From NCBI RefSeq assembly GCF_035084215.1, contig NC_090343.1:22444001-22508000 (forward strand): a stretch of DNA of 64,000 bases, given 5' to 3'. Of the stretch, positions 58,966-64,000 are shown in pieces. The translations under genes were made by a program, and so were the position numbers. The stretch is from Heptranchias perlo. Taxonomy: Eukaryota. The first letter of the stretch is position 1, and each line of letters begins with the position of its first letter. The notes below the pieces were generated by a model. That model was not told the DNA's origin, ran no database searches, and was given only the letters and a program-made list of their open reading frames with translations.

Positions 58966-60424
58966 ATTTTGTTTGGTCAAAGATATAAGCATGGCATCTG
59001 CGAGATACTTACAAGGTCATATTTATAGATCTGTAGAAGTCTTGTGGTTCACTTAATTGCCAGTTAAATTTGCTTTAATCTATTACAGCATTTTACATAG
59101 TCAGAGAATGGAGACTTCTAATCTAACAGGCAAAGTAAATGTTCCATTCACATTTTTATGAATACACAGAAGGAAGGAAGCAGCTGCATGGTAACATTTG
59201 GTCAATAGCATGGAAAAATGATGTTGCTAATGAAACTCAGTAATGTAGATGGCCTGTAGATAGCTGCGCAATAAGTGCATTGTGAGGAAAAGCTAAGTGC
59301 ATTATCTGATTTGAAAAGGGCCTGCCCAAATGTCATTGCTTCTGCTTAAAGACTCCTCTTAGGTTACAGGTTCTGATTATTAATAACTAAAACAACCACA
59401 GTTCAAGGAAAATGCAGCAAATCATGGAGTGTAAATTAATTAGGGCCTTGAAATTACAGTGTATGATACTAACATACATTGAGTTTGTTTGAAATTTCTT
59501 TGTCCATACACTAATATCACATATTGTAATTTTAAGATCTAGGTTGCATATTTCCAGTTTTTACTTTTATTAAAATTCTGGCAATTTGCAGTGTTTTTTA
59601 ATTAAATTAAATCTGAGAGAAAATAATTTTTGTCTCTAAAAAACTTGAGTAAAAATCCTCTGCATACTCAATGCATTTGTAGCAAATTTCTCTGTCCACT
59701 ACTGTAACAAAGGCATTAACTTATTTTAAATAAATGGGGTAATGCGTCTGTTAGAATAGCAGAGAGAGGAGTTTGATATGAATATGTTAAGCGTTCATAT
59801 GATAACATCTCTCATGATAATTTCTGGGTTATAGTGTTTTATTTTGCATTTCATTTAATTTAAATAATTATAAAAAAGCTATAATCTAAATAAATTATTT
59901 ATTTTGTTTATGGTTAACAAATTGTTTCAAGGATTTTTTTTAAATCCCTAATTTTATAACTAGAACAGCTGATATTAGGAGACCAGTTTTGATTATACAT
60001 TTATAACATTAGCACTTTGGAAACATTTCATTATAAAAGCATTTTTGTACAAATAACTGATGTTAGTTTCATAAATATTACTAAAGATGTTTTAAACTTG
60101 GAGATAAAAATTAATTTGCAAAAATATAACTAGTTCCAGATGATCAATTCTATGGATAACCACACAGATGGTGTTAACGGTGGCAAAACTTTAGTTGTAT
60201 CATAAATCTCGATGGAATGTTCTAAAAGAATAGTACAACAGTTTATCAAAACATTACTGGAAAATGTAATGCATAATTCACACATTTATGCAGATATCTG
60301 TCATTTGCAAACCTGGTGCAAAAAATATTTTGTCAGTAAACTGTTATCCAGTTCACATTTTTAAACAAAGTGTTATTCAAATTAATTGGTCTAACAGTGG
60401 TGTATTCCTGCTACAGTGATATGG

Positions 60425-60870
60425 GTCAGCTTGTCTCAGATGGTAGCACTCTCATCTCTAAATCAGTAGAATATGAGTTTGTGCTCCACTATATGACTTG
60501 AACGCAGAATCAAGACGGACATCTCAGAGCAGTACTGAGGGAGGGCTGAATTGTCAGAGTTGCCAACCTTCAGATACTACATTGAGGTTCCATCTACTTG
60601 TTCAGGTAAATGTTAAATAATCTCTTAGCACTATTCGAAGAACATCAAGGAATTCTCCTGACATCTGGACTGACATTCCTGTCTCAATCAACACCACCAA
60701 AAACAGATTAATTGGTCACGTATCTCACTGTTGTTTGTGGAATTTAGCTGTGGACAAAATGGTTGCTGTGTTTGCCTACATAACGACAGTCACTCTGCTT
60801 CAAGACAATTCAGTGTGAAGCACTTTCAGATTGGATTAGGTGCTATATAAATGTAAATCTGTCCATTCTT
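60425..60870 (+). mobile_element. Deu-domain SINE, full length
   Basis: tRNA-like head, Deu core and GCTATATAAATG tail. Confidence 0.7.
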
Positions 60871-61814
60871 TATAATTTTGTTCCATTTTGAAAGTACAAA
60901 AGTACTTTTGAAAGTACGTTTTGAAAGTGAAAGACATGAGATCATTTTTGCCTGACTCTGTAGTGTGCTATTTTATATCCTCTACCCTGGAGGAGGCAAA
61001 ACAATCCTTGAATGTAAAGACCAATTAATTATAAAGATTCTTTACACTCCAATTGATAGTTAAGACTATTCACAAGCAGATCTGAAATAATATAAGTAAT
61101 TGCAACTTTGAGATGATATTTGAGTGCTGTAACTCTCAGTTATGGTAAATTAACTGATCCATAAGTTGGACTGGTAAGTACTGCAAGTGGTACTGCTGGA
61201 ATCTTGTTCTGAGAAAAATCCCAGGTGCAAAAAATGGTACAGTTTCTATTTAAAATGTTTATTTTTCTTCCCACGGATCAAAGTCAAAAACCTTTACTGA
61301 AGCACAGCTCCAGCAAACCTTAAACAGTAGGACTTTGGAGAGATGAAAGACAAGGAAATTGAATGCATATCTTTCCTACTTGGTTATTTATTCACTTGGG
61401 AGGAGGGGAGTAATACTTTGTGCCTCATCTTTTAGAAGAGGAAAATTAAATACTACACATGGAAGTGGTGATACATTCCCTTTCACAAGATAAACATGGA
61501 TGTGAAAGGACATTCAGCCCATCTTAGCTCATCCATCTAGAAAAGCTAAAGTTGATTCCCCCCCCCCCCACACTCCACCCCAAACACAGCATTCAATAAT
61601 TTCTTAAATGATTCTAGGATTTTTGTCTTCACCAGTCAACCCAGATGTCCATTCAAAGTGTTAACCACTCTCTGCATGAAGAAGAACTTCCTAACATCCA
61701 TTCTAAATGTGGTCTACATCCGTTTAAAGCAGTGCCTCCTTGTCTTTCAGTCTAGTTTGAAGTAGTGCCCCAGATTTAACTTTTCTATACTGTTTGCTGT
61801 CATAAATGTCTGTT

Positions 61815-62180
61815 TTGTTTAGCTGGTAGCACTCTTATTTCTGAGCCAGAAGATTGTGGAGTCAAGTCCCACACCAGGATCTGAGCTCATAATCTAGGCC
61901 ATCAATTCAATTCAGTACTGAGGAAGTACTGTATTGTTGGAGGCACCATCTTGCAAATGAGATGTTAATGCGACATCCCCAGGTGGATGTAAAAGATCCA
62001 ATGGCAATATGTGAAGAGGAATGCTCTGGCCAACATTTATCCTTCAACCAATGTCACCAAAATAGATTAACTGGCCATTTATCTCATTTGCGGTTTATGG
62101 GACTATGTTATGCACAAATTGTAATTCATTGGCTTTAATGAGAATATAAAAAGTGCCATTTAAATGCAAGTTCTTTCTTT
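61815..62180 (+). mobile_element. Deu-domain SINE
   Basis: tRNA-like head, core and TAAATGCAAGTTCTTTCTTT tail. Confidence 0.7.
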
Positions 62181-63047
62181 CACTTCAGACGTCCAATTTC
62201 CAATTTTATTTTCTCTTTCTCTAATTGAATCCATTTTCTCACCATTTCATTTGTGTGGGGCTCTCCCATGACTTTTCACCGTCTTAACTATGTACACATT
62301 CCTTTGTTCTTTCAGTGTTTTTCTATTGCCTCACTGAGATGATCTTTTATATCATCTAACAGTTTTCTATTAAACAGTTTGCAGATCATTTAGCCATCGC
62401 CTTTCACTCTGCAATTGAGTATCTTTTGTTTCTCCCCTCCCCTTTTCTCTCTATTTTTCCAACTGTACTAAAATGCTTGCTTAGCTTTACGTTTTCAGTT
62501 GCAATTAAAGATATAAAGAGAAAAGTTACCCAAAACATGAACTTGTTTTTAGACTTTACAGATACTATGTATTTTCTGTTTTTATTTTACTTAAGTCCAA
62601 TAGTCGTGAAATGCAATTTTACAGGGAATACAGAAAGGTTCTATCCAGAGAAAATTCACCAGTTCAGTGGCTTTAAGGTTAATTTCCTTATCTTAATGCT
62701 GACAGATGTGACCCATCAAGAAAAAAGATGAACTGGCAACACAAGCTTCATTGTTTTATGATATGTTGATCCCCACAGGGCTGACCTAATTCTAACCAGT
62801 CCATCTTCAATACTATAACACGTTGTTTGATAGGTGTCTGTTTCATGTTTCACTCGAACCATTCTTTGCTGTCTTACCTCACAGGTCTGGTTACTACACA
62901 CAAGCAGTCAACAGCTTTACCGTCAGTGGAAACTGGAAAGTGAAACTTAAGGTGCAGAAAAAACTTTATAGAAAAGTGAACCAAATATTTCATACCACTT
63001 GTGTAGTGAAGATAAACCAATTACCCCCTTTATGATTCTATGGATTT

Positions 63048-63503
63048 GAAATCATAGTATGGTACAGCACAGGAGGAGGCCATTCAGCCCATCATGCCTG
63101 TGCCGGCTCTTTAAAAGAGCCAATTAGACCAATTTCCCTGCTCTTTCCCCGTAGCCCTGTAATTTTTTCCCCTCAAGTATTTATCCAATTCCCCTTTGAA
63201 AATTATTGTTGAATCTGCTTCCACCACCCTTTCAGGCAGTGCATTCCAGATCATAGCAACTCGCTGCGTAAAAAAATGTTTCCTCGTGTTGCCTCTGGCT
63301 CTTTTGCCAATCACCTTAAATCTTCTGGTTACCGACCCTTCTGCCACTGGAAACAGTTTCTCATTACTTACTCTATCAAAACGCTTCGTGATTTTGAACA
63401 CCTCGATCAAATCTCCCCTTAACTGTGTCTGTCCTAAGGAGAACAACTCCAGTTTCTCCAGTCTCTCCACATAACTGAAGTCCCTCATCTCTGGTACCAT
63501 TCT
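63048..63503 (-). mobile_element. CR1 LINE 3' fragment
   Basis: ORF 63111-63551 is near-identical in style to the end of the 31196-32200 CR1. Confidence 0.88.
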
Positions 63504-64000
63504 TCCATAGAAATGAATTATTACTGAAACTATTCCCCTCCCCCAATACACATACCCTGTGTCCAGCCGTAGTATTTATAGTCCCCTAAAATTCAGGTTA
63601 TTATAGTTTTTGGTTAGTTGCTGTGAAAAATCACTGAATTAAACAGCCTCAAAATTTATATGACAGACAATAGGATCTAAATCTATGGTGATAAACCTGC
63701 CAGTTTTTCAGAACCTATATAACTAGAAATGTATATGCTGAATGTCTGAGCCCCACTAAGACTGCAACTAACTAACCGAAAGGACATTGAAATTCTTTGT
63801 AAGTTTGAACAAGTCTGACATCAGGTTGTAAACTAACCCTGGGAAACTCCCACATTCCAAATTATTTCTGACAAGTTTCAGCCCTCAGTCTGGGACTCAG
63901 ACCAGCTCGGAGCCCAAATAAGAGCACAGGTGCACCGATGTCATGACCAACTCCCACTAGCCGAAAATGAATCGCAATTCTCTGACCATTCTCACCCATA

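Overview
Eukaryotic, repeat-rich vertebrate DNA, most likely a cartilaginous fish (shark). This is inferred from the mix of CR1/L2 LINEs, Deu-domain SINEs, LF-SINE-like and Penelope-like repeats. Three spliced protein-coding genes, all on the minus strand, were reconstructed by hand from GT-AG junctions and phase continuity: (1) a divergent HEY-family bHLH-Orange gene (5 exons, 48092->39565, 285 aa, with the YRPW motif replaced by KHFW); (2) PPDPF (4 coding exons, 24581->21683, 103 aa); (3) a PPDPFL-type paralog in tandem about 8 kb downstream (13553->10504, with a probable last exon at 8340-8310). Two identical tRNA-Glu(CTC) genes lie tail-to-tail just upstream of the PPDPF promoter. The rest is transposon debris: nested CR1s, L2s, SINEs, PIF/Harbinger-like MITEs with a Myb/SANT relic, and short Penelope-type fold-back insertions carrying minimal hammerhead-ribozyme-like motifs. 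Most long ORFs in the supplied track are retrotransposon fragments or spurious.
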